From contig AP026164.1 in the NCBI GenBank assembly GCA_030295235.1, forward strand, positions 124,001-188,000: a DNA stretch of 64,000 bases. The letters are read 5' to 3'. Every line of letters begins with the position of its first letter. Positions within the stretch are counted from its first letter, which is position 1. The DNA is from Fistulifera solaris. Lineage: Eukaryota. The translations under genes and the position numbers were made by a program. Below are positions 22,068-35,413 of this stretch, piece by piece. The notes below the pieces were generated by a model. The model was not told where the DNA came from and made no database searches. It saw nothing but the letters and a program-made list of their open reading frames with translations.

Positions 22068-25000
22068 TTAGGTATCATCGTCGGAGCTATCGCAAAGATC
22101 AATCATCTCCAAGCTCCTGGAAAGGGATTGGCGCACGGGTTTCTCGTCCAACAGCTCGCATTTGACGTCTTTGCCTTTAGCTGTATTCTGTTTCTTGTCA
22201 GAAAACGAAATTTCATTTATAAACATTTCGGAGCTTTCATTGAACGCTGATGCAACTGCCTGATCAGCCTTGATGGCTTCGGTGGCACTCAGTACTCGTG
22301 AGCTCGGTTCTCCAGATTCGTTACTGCTTTGGTCGTTTGTAGTAGCCTCACCTGTTTGCAACGATACAAGAGAAGGCACAGCCTCAACTGGAGTTGCGGA
22401 TGCATCGCAGCTTTGATCTTTCTGAGTAGCCTCAGTGGCCAGCAGAATTCTGGCATGTTCAACTTCTTCACCGTCATGTCTTGATTGAAGTAAGGAATCG
22501 TGATAATAATGACGGCTTATAAGACAAGTATCCTTCTTGTGGTCGGAAATCAAGAGAAGATGTGAAAGAAGTTCATCCTCCTCCTCGGGCTGACATGTAG
22601 GCTGTTCCATCTTTGCCTTTGCTTTCTGAGGCGATGTGGGTAATCCATTCTTGAAGAAATCGAGATACCAAGTTTGATCACGTTCAGGAAACTTGCATTT
22701 GTTGTTGTGCTCATCCGTGTTCATTTCACAAAACCATTTCTCTGGTAAGTCTTCCTCTGACTCCCCAAACAACATTCGCCACTTGTCACATTTGTCGCAT
22801 TGTACCCAAAGTTGATTCTCCTGAAAATCTTCTAGCTCTTTCGCGGTGAAGAAACCATCGATCGCTTTGCTATCAATAATACGAAGAGCTAAACTGGTCT
22901 TGTTTACGGAGCGTTTGTATATCTTCTCTTCCATCGTGCCCTCGGTGAGTAGCCTGTAGCAGTGAACTGGTTTCTGTTGACCATATCGGTACGCGCGAAA
23001 CACAGCCTGTGCCATGACAGCGGGGTTGAAGTGGCTATCTACCAAGACAACTCGAGAGGCTGAAGTCTGTTTTACAAAGGTGAGTTCACAAAACATGCAG
23101 AAAAGATGTCCAAAGAACTACGCACCAGGTTGATCCCTAAGCTTCCAGCCTCCGTTGAAATAAGAAAAGCACGCAAATCGCCGTCGGCTCCGTCCTTGTT
23201 GAAAGCATTGATTGACTGGCCTCGTTGTACTGAGCTGCTAGAACCGTCAATACGCAGGTAATGCCGACCTTTCTCCCAAGCACCAAGACGTTGTCCTGAA
23301 AAGCAAGATAAAGACGGCACCTGCGATATCCAGTCTCCAGAATTAAGGACGCTTTCGATATAATTCAGTGTCGGTATGTATTGGGAAAAGATGAGAACCT
23401 TTTCCCCAAGCACTTCAGCGTATGCAAGAAGATGAAGCAAAAGCACAATTTTATTGCCTCCCGTAATTTTCTCAAGCTCTGCAGTTTCGGATTTAGAAGT
23501 AAGATGCTTTCTACACCAGACTTTAGAAGCCAATTTAGTGCCCTCCGCAGCGGAGTACTTTAGAATGCAAGATGGGTGATTGTGGACTGGACTGAGCTCG
23601 GAGTACATTTTGAAAAAGCCTCTGAGCTCAGGATTTGATTTTCGAGCCTTTTCGAATGTTCGATAAATCTTGCTTTGAATGTGGCTTGGACGGACGTGCA
23701 CAACCACCTGGGAAAGCTTTGGAAGATCATTCTCAAGAATAGACAAATCCTTTCTATGTACGTGCTCATCGACCAGTTTACGAAGATCAGCCGAGCGTGC
23801 GGCTATGAGCGCTTTCTGGTGTCTTGTAGAATCTTTCGCCTGACCTTGCAAGATCGGATCTACGAACTCCTTTCGAAACTGGTGCAAAGCTCCGAACACC
23901 CCTTCTCGGATAAAATTACAGATATGGTAGTACTCCTCGAGATTATTTTGAAAAGGGGACCCTGAAAGCAAGATGCGTCGCTTCGTCGCAAACTTTGAAA
24001 GCGCTGAGAAGATCTGCGTCGAAGGGTTCTTGATCATGGAATGAGCTTCGTCTAAGACGAGAATGTCTGCATTGAGAAGGTCAGTTTCTTTTCCATTGAC
24101 TACTGCAAGATTTGGAAGCGTATCTTTAGAAACCAAGAAAATGCCCCCAGTGGCCATCCACTTATCAATCAAAGTACGCCTTGCCTGAATTTCCATGTTA
24201 AAAGGCGTGTAAACACAAAGTTTGGGGCTTACATATTCGAGCCACTTCGTGAATTCCTCTGCCCAATTTGCCAGTGTATTCACCGGAACAACCAAGACTA
24301 CAGTGCGTAATATTTTCTTGTCATTCTGCGGCGAGATCATCGAAGGGTGCGTAAGAACTGTGTGCAACAAAGCTATAGCTGTCAGCGTTTTACCAAGACC
24401 CTGACGAATGCAGTGAGATATACGGAGTATGATTTTGACTGGTCCTCAAGATTCAATGCCATGGAGAACTTACCATGTGATGGGCAAGAATACATCCTCC
24501 TACACGTTCGTGGTTCAAATCGCCGTTGTAATCCGTTTCAAAATCACAAAAGAATTCCTCCAAATAAATTTTACGCCGTCTTTTTGGTGTTGTTTCAAGA
24601 TGCGCGAAAATCCATATGCTATTGATACTTTGCGAATTACTCCTTCGGTTTTCAGGCCGTGAGGCAAACCTTCGCTTGATGAAGGCGTACACAGTACATC
24701 CTCAGAGTCAAGAAAGGGACCGTCGACTTCCGACATTGAAACTATTTCGGACTCTTGAGATAAACGGTTGTCATTCGGAGAAGTGTATTTCTGTTTTGAA
24801 CGGATGTTGGTCTTATTCGGTGGACTAAGAGTCGTACTCTTATGGCTTGTCCGAAATCGAGCCCGCTGCTTTGTATGCTCTACCACCATCTTTCCGTTTT
24901 TGCTTCTAATGACTGGTCCCTCAGCCTTCATGATGTCCTTATCCTTCGTTTCGGCCTGACGTTTGACGGTGACTCCGTTTTTGCGCAAAGCTCGATTCTC

Positions 25001-26601
25001 TTGATCCAAAACAGCGCGCAGAACATCCAACGTAGGTTTGGGGAAAAATTTAGCCGTCCATCCAGTACCTTTGCATCCTCCAACGTCTGGCATTGCATCT
25101 ATTGCTGCGATCTCCACAATATCATCCGAGCAATCTTTTGGTATTCCTGAACAGGGAGGAAGTCTTTGGCCATCGCTTCTACTCGCTCTGGTCTCCGCTC
25201 ATCCACCGCCCTGTCAGCTGCTTGGACCCAATGCGGGATCACGTCGGGCAAAGTAGGTGTTGGTAGAGAGAAGTAATCCTCCGAGTAGTAGACCGTTGCG
25301 AGGTCAATACCTCGGCCTTCCAGTTCGTCTTGGAGTCTAGCAATGAAGTCTTCAAGGCGGGCATCGTGGCGCAATTGCATTTCTTCCCACGTATTAAGCT
25401 CTCCTAGAACCGAATCTTCCAGTTCTGATTCTGCAACAGTCTCTTTGAGTTCATGTAGAATCTCTTGATATCTGAGCTGAACATTGGCATCCTCGAGTGC
25501 TTCTTCGCATTCTTTCTTTTTCTCTTCGGCCACCTTCAACTCTTGCAGGATATCGTCAATCGTGCGCTGGGAGATAGCGGCTGCTGTAGGGTCCGACGCT
25601 GACAAGGCTTGTAGGGTCGGAGTAGGATTGCACGCAAGACAATGCCATTCGTCTTGACTGGCTTGTAACACAGCAGGATCCAATCCGGCTTTCTCGACAC
25701 ATTCGAAACAAAATTCATTCTGACAAACGAGACTCCGAACAACGTTGTCGCAAAGAAACGACGTTTCCGTTTCTTCGCCACATCCCGTACAAGCCGAACG
25801 ATGCATGATTGCGTCTTTGATACTTTCGTAGCAGACCGAACAAAGCGGCGTATTCAAAACAGGATGTGTGTGCATGGCGTAGCAACAGACTTGCTCGTCA
25901 TCACTCGCAAGTTGCACATGACAGACCCAACAATGACTTTGGAAGAATAAATCGCATTTGTCAGTTGCCAGAGGATCCGGACCGTTATCGTCAACGCCAC
26001 CGCCGTTGCTGTGGTTGTTCTGAGCAACTGAAAGATCATCGTCTGTACTCTCCGCGACGGAAATATCAGCATCTTCGGCAGTGTTATTATTTACAGGCAA
26101 AGTGTCAGCATTTTCATCGCTGCTACCAGCAATTGGTGTGTCCGAATCTTGGTTCCTGTTACTATTGGCGAGAGAAATTTCTGCGGTGTCCCTGTGATCA
26201 TCGGTGCTGTCAGCTGCCTCTTCCTCGTTGTTGTCCGTAAGAGAGCTATCCGTATCTTCCTTGCTACCGTTTACAGTAGTTTTTGCTTCAACTGCAGCTT
26301 TCTTCTTAGTAGCAGTATTGATTGTGCTGACTTTCCTTCCCGACACATTCTCGTCCTCGCTGTCGCTGCTGATGTCGATGATTTCAATCTCTTCAATCTC
26401 AGGCTCAGCAGGAGGTTTTCGCGAAACACTCGATCGATGCTTCTTTCGGGAAGGTTCTCTTCGTGTACCATCGGAACTTGCTGAGTTTTCGCTGGAAGTA
26501 CTAGCAGAGCGTTTTCGTTTACGAACAAAGAACGATGATTTCCATCCGGACGGGTTTCGTCGTTCGTTGTGATCACTGCAATCTCTGCTGGAACTGTTCA
26601 T
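22068..26601 (-). CDS. ATRX: ATRX-like SNF2 chromatin remodeller (ADD domain, SNF2 helicase, C-terminal CW zinc finger); introns 24401-24473 and 23067-23125; 2 apparent frameshifts
   Basis: ADD: HTHPVLNTPLCSVC..CTGC..LCD..CQNEFCFEC..WHCLAC. Helicase: LKQHQKDGV, GGCILAHHM|GLGKT, LDEAH, SGSPFQN, RIDGS, STEAGSLGINL, QAVFRAYRYGQ. CW: WVQCDKCDKWR..PEKWFC. Confidence 0.88.
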
Positions 26602-27029
26602 GCTTAATCATTCCTATTGCGTCCATCCGCTCTGACTGAAAGAAAATGCCTGTAGTATAATGAAAGGGAACTCGATTCTCTTTGTGTTGCGGAACAAATG
26701 AAATCAATAAGCTTGTTACAATAATTCTGTCGGGCTTCGATCACGTATCACGACTATCCACTACGATGTACCGGGGTGTTGGAGGGAATAAACTACTCCG
26801 TATTCAAGGTTTGAAAGGAGCAATGACCGCTGGTACATTTTCTAGTTAGGCTCGTCTCCTGTACCCTTGTGAAAAACAGCAAGGCGGCCGCGCATCTTTA
26901 CAGACAAAAAAAGCACAGCACATCACGTAAAAAGTTTTTTCATTTGTGAAAGTATTTAATTAAAATAAACAGGAAACAACCGAACGTTTCTGCCTTGATT
27001 TGAACTTTACAACACACAGAAAAGACTAT

Positions 27030-27834
27030 ATGGCGAACAAACCGCCGCAGCACATGTCAGGACGAGATGTTCTTCAATTTATCCCCAATTATATCGGATA
27101 CTTCCGTGTCGCGTGTTCTTTGACGAGTTTTTTTCTTATGATCGGATTTCCCCAGCTATGGCTCATTGCGATCACATTGTATCTTTTGAATTTTATTGGT
27201 GACTTATTTGACGGATTAGTCGCTCGAAAACTCAATCAATGCAGCAGTTTCGGAGGAATCCTCGACATGCTCACCGATCGGTGCAGTACAGCGGGTTTGT
27301 TAATGATTCTTTCCGTCGACTACCTTCCGATCGATGAGACTCTATCGTTCCCCTTGTGCCGTACTGCATTTTTGGTGTTGGTATTACTGGATGTGAGCTC
27401 TCATTGGATGCAGACTTATAGTGTCTTGGCTACAGGACATCATCACAAGAGTAAAGAAGGCAACAAAGGTCGGAATATTCTCGTGGTACGTCTTTGTCGT
27501 GCTCCTGAATTCTTTCCTTCGTAAGGCCTACATTTACCTTAGAAGCTTCCTCTCTTCATATTCTTGGTTACAGCAATGGTTCTATGCGTATTACTGGTTC
27601 TTCGGGTATCTTTGTGTCGGAGCTGAATTTACTTATATGATCCTATACGCTCGGAATCACATAAGGGATGCACCAGCATTTTTGCGAAAGGGTCTGGATG
27701 CCTTTCTCTTCGTTTGTATACCAGCATGTCTGGCGAAACAAGTTGTAAATATGGCTCAACTTCTTTCTGCTTGTCAAGCGATTGCCAATCACGATGCAGA
27801 ACAAATAAATGCGACTAGTAATAAGAAACAATAG
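27030..27834 (+). CDS. PIS1: Phosphatidylinositol synthase (CDP-alcohol phosphatidyltransferase); intron 27486-27573
   Basis: FIPNYIGYFR, signature DLFDGLVARKLNQCSSFGGILDMLTDR, LDVSSHW; the GT..CAG intron joins the ORFs in frame. Confidence 0.93.
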
Positions 27835-27905
27835 GAACGTCTCAACCGCAAACTATCATGCAATATAAAACAGAATTAGAATAACCGCGTTGTAATTCTA
27901 CAGTT

Positions 27906-29824
27906 TTACTGTTTCCACACGTTCTTGAATAAGCTGGGTCCTGATCGTTGTCTCCGCGTGGCAAAAAAATTGGCCAAACTCTCTTCGAAATCAGATGCTC
28001 TTACATGCGGAGTTATGTCACCATGAGACGATCCATCTCGCAGACTGTCCGAAATTCGTCGAACCGCTCGAATGGCGGCTTCGTTCACAAGGAACTCAAG
28101 TTCGGCTCCACTGAAACCATCCGTCAGAGCGGCAATCGCAGACAAGTCCACACGTTGCCCGATTCCCAACGCTCCGGGACGGCTACTATCCACACCCGAG
28201 CCTTCCAGAAAGCCAGGTAGTCTTTTACAATGGACTCGTAGTATATTTTCGCGTCCTTTGGCATCCGGAAGGCGCAATTGAACGATACGATCGAATCGAC
28301 CTGGGCGTACCAGAGCAGGATCCAAGACGTCACGACGATTGGTGGCTGCAAGTACACAGATTCCACGTGTACTGTCCAAGCCGTCCTGTCGAGATTACTT
28401 GAGAGACGTTCCAGTTGGAAGCGCTAGTCGAGAACAAGACGACAGAAGAAGACGTACCATACAGGCCAGCAATTGGTTCAGGGTTTGCTCCGCTTCGTCA
28501 TTCGAGCGCGACATGCCGGGAAAGGACCCCGCACCAAAGTCTCGAGTTTTACCGAGTGCATCCAGTTCATCAATGAACAATATACATGGTGACAGCTTGG
28601 ATGCTTTTTTCAAACAAATTCCGAACACGCGCCGCTCCACGACCGACAAACATTTCCACAAAGTCACTGCCACTGCAATAGATCAAGGGCACTCCGGCAG
28701 TAGCGGCTGTGGCTCGCGCCAGCATAGTCTTTTCCCGTCCCGGGCGGGCCTTCCAACAACAAACCCGTGGGAGCGCGAGCACCCAACATGGCATATTTGT
28801 TCGGATTTCGTAAGGTATCCACCAATTCCATGACTTCCGCCTTGACATCATCAATTCCCTGAATTTCATCAAAATTGGCCAACGGCAAATCGCTGACTTT
28901 AGCCAGTTTTCCGGGCACATCATTTTTACCGCCACCACCACCGGCGCGACCCACGGTTTGGTACAATCTCCATAAAATCAAAAAGTAGAACGATAGGAGC
29001 GAACTTCGCACGAACATGGACAAGACGGATTGTGTTGCTTTGGATTCTGCGGCAAAGGAAATGTCATTTTTTCGCAAAGCGCTCAGTAATTCGGGTGAAG
29101 CAGCCACTTTTCGGGCGTAAGCAGATATGTAAGGACGCGTCTTGCGCACTTTCATTTTGCGTCGTTTGGAATTGGCGAGCCAACTCTTGTGTTTGGCTTG
29201 TTCTATGGGAGTCGGCATTTCGGACGAATCAGCAGTTGTCGTCGTTTGTTGCGGATACAATCGAAAGACAACACGCTCTGAGCCGATGCGAACTTGATCC
29301 ATGTGAAAGTCGTTGGGTACTTCTTGCTGTCGCTCGACAAGATCCAAGAACCGGCTGTATGATATTTCAACAGGAGAAGGCGCCATGACCGTTCTTGCCG
29401 CAGTATTGGCTATTGATCCGAACAATAATGCTATAACAAGTCCCTGTACCATCAGAATGCGCCGAGCTCGTTTAGAAAGCTGACTGAATCGAGTTGAAAG
29501 TCGCACTTGTAGCGACACAAGCTTGCGAAGGATTTTCAAAATTGGACTCCTGGGTTGTCTGGGTGAATTTTGACCCGACGTTTCATCGAATGACGAATAG
29601 AGCGGAGATTTAGATAAGGGAGAAGTACGCGGAAAGGAATTGGAGAGAATTCCTCGAGAAGGAGATGCAGAAGCATGCAACGAAAGCTGACGATTACTTG
29701 TACTCGCAAAGCTTTCCGGTCCTTTTCGAAGAACATCCACATGCTGAAATGATAAAGCGCCAGCGGATAGACCGTATATAACCGAAGCCAAGTAAAGCAC
29801 GCGAACTCTTCCCATTGTCATCAA
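27906..29824 (-). CDS. FtsH-type membrane AAA+ ATPase lacking the M41 protease domain; intron 28386-28457; 2 apparent frameshifts
   Basis: Signal peptide + F presequence, two hydrophobic helices, GPPGTGK, pore loop [40 protein letters not shown]; stop codon shortly after the lid, no HExxH. Confidence 0.85.
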
Positions 29825-30564
29825 GGTGGCTTGTCTTTTGTTATATGCGAGAAAGGCGTGTGCATGTGATGAGAATGAGACGATGGAGAAAGACGATCAT
29901 CGATCGACACGAGTGTGTGTCCGTTACCAGGTACCGGTAATGGAAAAGTGACGTGTAAAAACGCCGTACAAATCGCATTCATGACTAAATGAATGCAGTC
30001 GTGACGAAAAGTCGTCTTCTCTCTGGGTCTATAGTACATGTTGCCCAAGAGCAAGATCCGCAGCGCGTTTGAGCTGTGTTATGAAAATGCTGCTTGAGAT
30101 AAATGCTTGCTGATTTGGTCACTTCTAGATCTTGCTAACTTTGCATAACTTGTCAAAGTTGATAAATCCGGAGGGAGTCATCTACAAAACATGATTCATG
30201 ACTGAATGCAGTCGTGGCGAAATACGGACAACACTATGTTAAAAATATTGAAGAGCACCACCAGCAGACTAACAACTCATTTAATAAAAAATGAAAGATT
30301 TGAAAAGACAGTTATAATGATTATGAATGATAAAGGAATGAATGTCGTTGGACAGAAAATGAATTCAGCTGAAAGTGAACATCGCACATGCCACAGAGCA
30401 ATGTCGCACCCTTACAGGGAGTAGTTGACAATAAGTCGTAGCGGTTACTATCTGTTAGGAACGAAACTTGAAGCCACTGACGGGTGAGATCCGTCACAAC
30501 AACTCTTTTCCGAACTATTTTTCTCACAAAATAATTATTTCTCCTTCTAATTGTTGTGTCCAAC

Positions 30565-31188
30565 ATGTTTCGAACAGGCTTCCATTTGTGTATTATTGCT
30601 GTTGCGGCAGCATATCAGCCATTTAAACTAGCCAAAACACCGGTGCAGGTCAAAGCAGCGAATGCCGCGGCCACTACCGCCCTTGCCGTGCTTCTTTCGG
30701 CTTCATCACCGGCTTGGGCAAGCACGACAGCAGCACAAATTTCACTGGATCAAATTCCACCCACGAGTATCAGCGTCCAGATTGGGGACTTACCAGTACT
30801 TGGCAAGGCATTGAGTGGAACTTACACCAAGGTCCCTGACGGCAGTTTCTCTGGCAAACCATCGATTGTCATCAAGTCACCCGAAGACAAGGTAAAAGCC
30901 GTTCAGAATTTGGCAACGAGTGGACGCCTGGAATTCGATATTAATGGAAAGATCAAGACGCATCTTGACATTGATTTGGCGGCGGATGAACCTGGTGTAG
31001 CTCGTGTACGTGTTGCTTCCGAACTCATCCCCAAATTGCCCTACAAAAATCTTGCTTCGTCGTCAAGCTCACCCACGGGCGGGCGCGAGAGTGCATGGAA
31101 TATTGTCACCAATATGGGCAATGGGGAGTCGTATTATTACAATGTCAAGTCTGGGGTGACGCAATACGAACGACCGGACAAGTTTTAA
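30565..31188 (+). CDS. Plastid (probably thylakoid-lumen) protein with C-terminal WW-like domain
   Basis: Signal peptide AAA-Y, second hydrophobic stretch ending SPAWA (AxA), C-terminal AWNIVTNMGNGESYYYNVKSGVTQYERP. Confidence 0.75.
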   Translation: MFRTGFHLCIIAVAAAYQPFKLAKTPVQVKAANAAATTALAVLLSASSPAWASTTAAQISLDQIPPTSISVQIGDLPVLGKALSGTYTKVPDGSFSGKPSIVIKSPEDKVKAVQNLATSGRLEFDINGKIKTHLDIDLAADEPGVARVRVASELIPKLPYKNLASSSSSPTGGRESAWNIVTNMGNGESYYYNVKSGVTQYERPDKF

Positions 31189-31562
31189 TGACGAGCTCTC
31201 GATCAAACTATTATATCTTTTCTCCAAGAACACACTGCTACGAATAATCTGTTTTATATATTACATTAATACAAAGTAGGGAGCTAGACTTCAATTTTTC
31301 TTGAATCATACGGACTAATAAAACTAACGCGAATTTAGTTCTCTCCTCGATACTTTTTAAGCAACGCGAGGACGGACCATGATGTAACCCTGAACCTTAT
31401 TGTTTTGTAGACAAGAATACTTTCACGATTTTTATGCGGACACCGCAAACGATGATGTTTTTGAATGACAAACAGTTTGAGGGCGTCTCCTTTTGATGTA
31501 GTTCATTTGCCAAACATTTTCATAACAGTTCCACAAATACCGCAACATCCTTTAAAGAAGAC

Positions 31563-34500
31563 ATGTCGAACAAATTATCCAGCAAAGAGCAAGAAATATT
31601 GGAACGTCAAAGAAAATTGGCAGCGAGATTCAAGCCGCCTCCTCCTAGCGCACCTCCTCCTTCGTCGGGGTCTCAAATTCTTGCTGCGAAAGCAAAGCCC
31701 CACCCTTCCGCAACTGCACAAACGAACTCTGCAACAATCGATTTAACACATTCGTCCGATACAACAAGTCAAAAACGCCCATCGAAGAAGCGACCTTTGT
31801 CTACTTCGGCATCTTCCGCACAAGCTGTTTTAGCGGCGGCCCGCGTCAAGGCGCAAGCGACCAGTGCTCCAACCAAATCTTCATTGACGGGACGATCTTT
31901 GCAGGAAACGGAATCGAAACCATCTCCGAAATTGAAACGAAAAGTAGTAGAACGACGTGATAGTGCGGGGACTTCTTTGGCGAAACTGGTACAACATGTC
32001 ACGGCGACTTCGACGCATCATCATTTGCTGGACCTGGATGACAACCATAACAACAGCACCATGCCTTCCATAGAACCAGATGACTTTTGGAAACATTTGC
32101 GGGAATGGGACTTTGTATCGCAACTCGCCAGTGAGACGCGCATGCAAGGTAACAACACGGCATTATCCAGTAATGATCATGACCTTAATTCAAAGAAACC
32201 ACTGCCGAACGTCTTTTTTGAACCATCGCCATTACATGTCGGCTTGGGCGCCTTTGTGTTTGGCGGAGTGTCGAGCACAAGTTTTACAGCAATTCAACAC
32301 CAATAGTAGCGTGAAAGCGAAACCGATTCTTGTCACCACCGAATCCACTTCGAGTCGATCGAGAGCAAAGAACTTTCAAAAGAATGCCCCCATGGCCGAT
32401 ATTCCATGGATGGAAGAAAATGAAACAGGAAGCTACGTATTGATACGTCCTCAAAAACGACAAGACGGCTCGGATCTGAAGTTTTCAGCCAACGACTTGG
32501 TTCTTCTAATCCGATCCGATTATCCAACCATTCTTAACGACATTGAGACTGGAGTTGCGCGCCCTCCAGACGGTAAGGATCCCGATGATCCTCATGCCTT
32601 CAAATCCGTCGGACTCGTTGGTCACACAGAAATGTCGAGAAATGAACTAAATGGACTCGTTGTCAAGGTTTCCAAGCGGCGATGGGCCGTCGTGGGCAAG
32701 AAAGAAATGTATCTCGTTCCCTTGGGGAACAACATCACCGCGTTACGCGAATTCACGGCGTTGTGTCGCGTAGATCAATTGCCGTTGAAACAGTATCTTT
32801 TCGGACTGCATTTGGAGAAGGTCGAAAATCGTCGGAAACTGTCGAGTCGACAATCGACCGAGCAACTGCTACAGATAATGGGTGGGAAGCAATCGCTGGG
32901 ACCTGGATTCATCGACTTTTGTAAAAACAAATTCAATGCGAGTCAGTTGACAGCTATCACGGCATCAGCGCACGAATACGGGGATGGCGGCTTTACTCTT
33001 ATAAAGGGACCTCCAGGAACGGGGAGTAAGTGTTATACTTATAATGTCAAAAGATTGCTTGATCTAACTTCAATCTAATGCTGTCACAGAAACAACAACT
33101 CTAGTTACAGTATTAAACTCACTGCATATTCGTCAGTATAACAAATACTACGAGGAAGTTCGTCGAATTGCGGCTTTAACAACGGGAAGTCGACAAGCTG
33201 CCTTGGAGATAGCTCGAAAGGCTAAACCGCGGCTTCTCATTTGTGCGCCATCAAATGCAGCTGTAGATAACGTAATTCTCAAAATCATGGCGGATGGTTT
33301 CATTGATGGACAAGGGCATCGCTACAATCCTAGCATGATTCGCGTTGGTGTTGGTCAGAGCGATGCGGTTCGAGCAGTTTCCTTGGAAGCTAAAGTGGAT
33401 GCTATTCTGGGAGAATATTCCGATATTTCTTCTTTGGAACAATCAATAGTGGGATTCAAGGTTGAGCTGACGCGAATTACGCAAGATATCGCTAGTCTGC
33501 GTCGACGCTTGCACGCCATCCAACATTGCTCTCCGTACAGCTTATCAAAAGACTGGGAAATTCGAATCGACGAAGAATCTTTTGAGGACACGGGCCGCGT
33601 GTACTATGTCAACCACAAGCTGAAACTTACAACGTACGACCTACCTCCTCCCCCGGATCCCAGCGAGCAAGTTTTTCCTTCCGAGGTCCATGCCAGAGTA
33701 TCGCTCCTATCTCTCTCGTATTGTGAAACTCGTCGAAAACTATTTCTCTGTAAAATCAGAGCTTGAGCGATGCACAATAATTTCAGGAGCGGTTGCGAAT
33801 GGGGCGAATCATATCGAAATCCGTCAAAACATGGAGACCCATGTGCTGAATTCTGTTCATATGGTCATGACCACATTGGGCACGGCAGGAAACCGGACAT
33901 TAGAAGGGATCGACAAATTTGAAGTCGTCGTCGTTGACGAGGCTGCGCAGAGCGTGGAACCTGCAAGTCTATCTGCTCTTCAGCTAGGGAATAGACACTG
34001 TGTACTGGTGGGTGATCCGCAGCAACTCCCTGCTACCATTTTTAATGTTTCGGGTCGTGGTTCGAAGTATGATCGAAGTTTGTTTCAGCGCCTCGAAGAA
34101 GCTGGGCAGCCTGTCTATATGTTGAATGAACAGTATCGGATGCACCCAAAGATATCTCACTTTCCACGGCATATTTTCTACGGTGGTGCGTTGCTTGACG
34201 GGCCCAACGTTCGCCAAGGTGATTATGGCGACCCGCTTCGTAGCATACTTTGTCGGAGTGTTCCCAACTTTCAGCCGTTTACGATTTTAGACTTGGATTC
34301 CAAAGAGGAACGAGGGGGTACTAGTTTGGCAAATTCTGCTGAAGCGAGGCTTTGCGTTTATATTTACCAGCAATTGAAGACCTTGACTCGGGGTCTGTCT
34401 ACAACCACTCGCGTTGCCATCATTACACCCTCACGCTGAGCAGATGCGCTTGCTACGTAAGACCTTCTCAAACGAGTTGGGTCGCAATTACGAAGCCTTC

Positions 34501-34800
34501 GTCGAAGTTAACACGGTAGACGCGTTCCAAGGACGGGAAGCCAATATCGTCATTTTCTCCGCAGTCCGTGCGTCCGGGAGTCATGGTATTGGATTTCTTT
34601 CCGACGTTCGTCGCATGAACGTCGCCCTCACCCGAGCGAAACATTTCTTGTTCGTTATTGCTCGTTGCGAATCGATTGTCGTGAATCCGTATTGGAGAGA
34701 TCTGGTTCAGCACGCTCGAGCGACAAATGCCGTGATTCAGGTGCCCCTGTCAGATAATTCCTCGTTTGGCGATTTAACTAGCTGGAAGCTGGAACATTGA
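31563..34800 (+). CDS. SEN1: Senataxin/Sen1-like SF1B (Upf1-family) helicase; intron 33026-33089; 3 apparent frameshifts
   Basis: FNASQLTAI, IKGPPGTG|KT, LICAPSNAAVD, VVDEAAQ, LVGDPQQLPAT, SLFQRL, QYRMHP, NTVDAFQGRE, GFLSDVRRMNVALTRAK. Confidence 0.88.
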
Positions 34801-35413
34801 GACGCAAAATATCTCCTTTAACAAGATCGTACCTATCGACTGCATTTGAGTGTGAAGTAATGTTTTCAATTGTCGGCAAAGTACAAGCTCTGTAATAGAA
34901 TATAACGAGGTTGGACAAACTACCCAGCACGACATAATCTACGATCAAAGGAGGTTGCCACTTTCTGGTTAGAGGGCCCTTCACCGTCAGAAAACCAAGA
35001 AGAATAGCAAATCCTTAATGTCGGGGTCAGGATTGGGAGATTAGCCGGGCAGAGACTAGCGCGAAGAAGGTGCTTGCTTCCCTGACTTTCTCGAACCAAT
35101 TTATTAATTATTTTTACCTACAAAGCGTAGAGACGAAATTGTGCTCAATTCCCGTCATACATCTGCCCTTAAAGGTTTGTGGACGAACGAAAGTAGATCC
35201 TTCTGTCCTTTAAGCTTTCCGCGTTAGTGACCATACTCGTGGGAAGGATAAGATTTGAACTGTGCAACAGCTATTCGATTATCCTAGTCAAAGATAGATC
35301 GTTTCATCCACACGTAGACCTAGACATTTGAAGCGTTGCATTTTGCAGCATAGTAATAGCGTTTTTATTGACTAGAAATACCGCAAATTTGATTATCATC
35401 ATCTGTGCACCTG

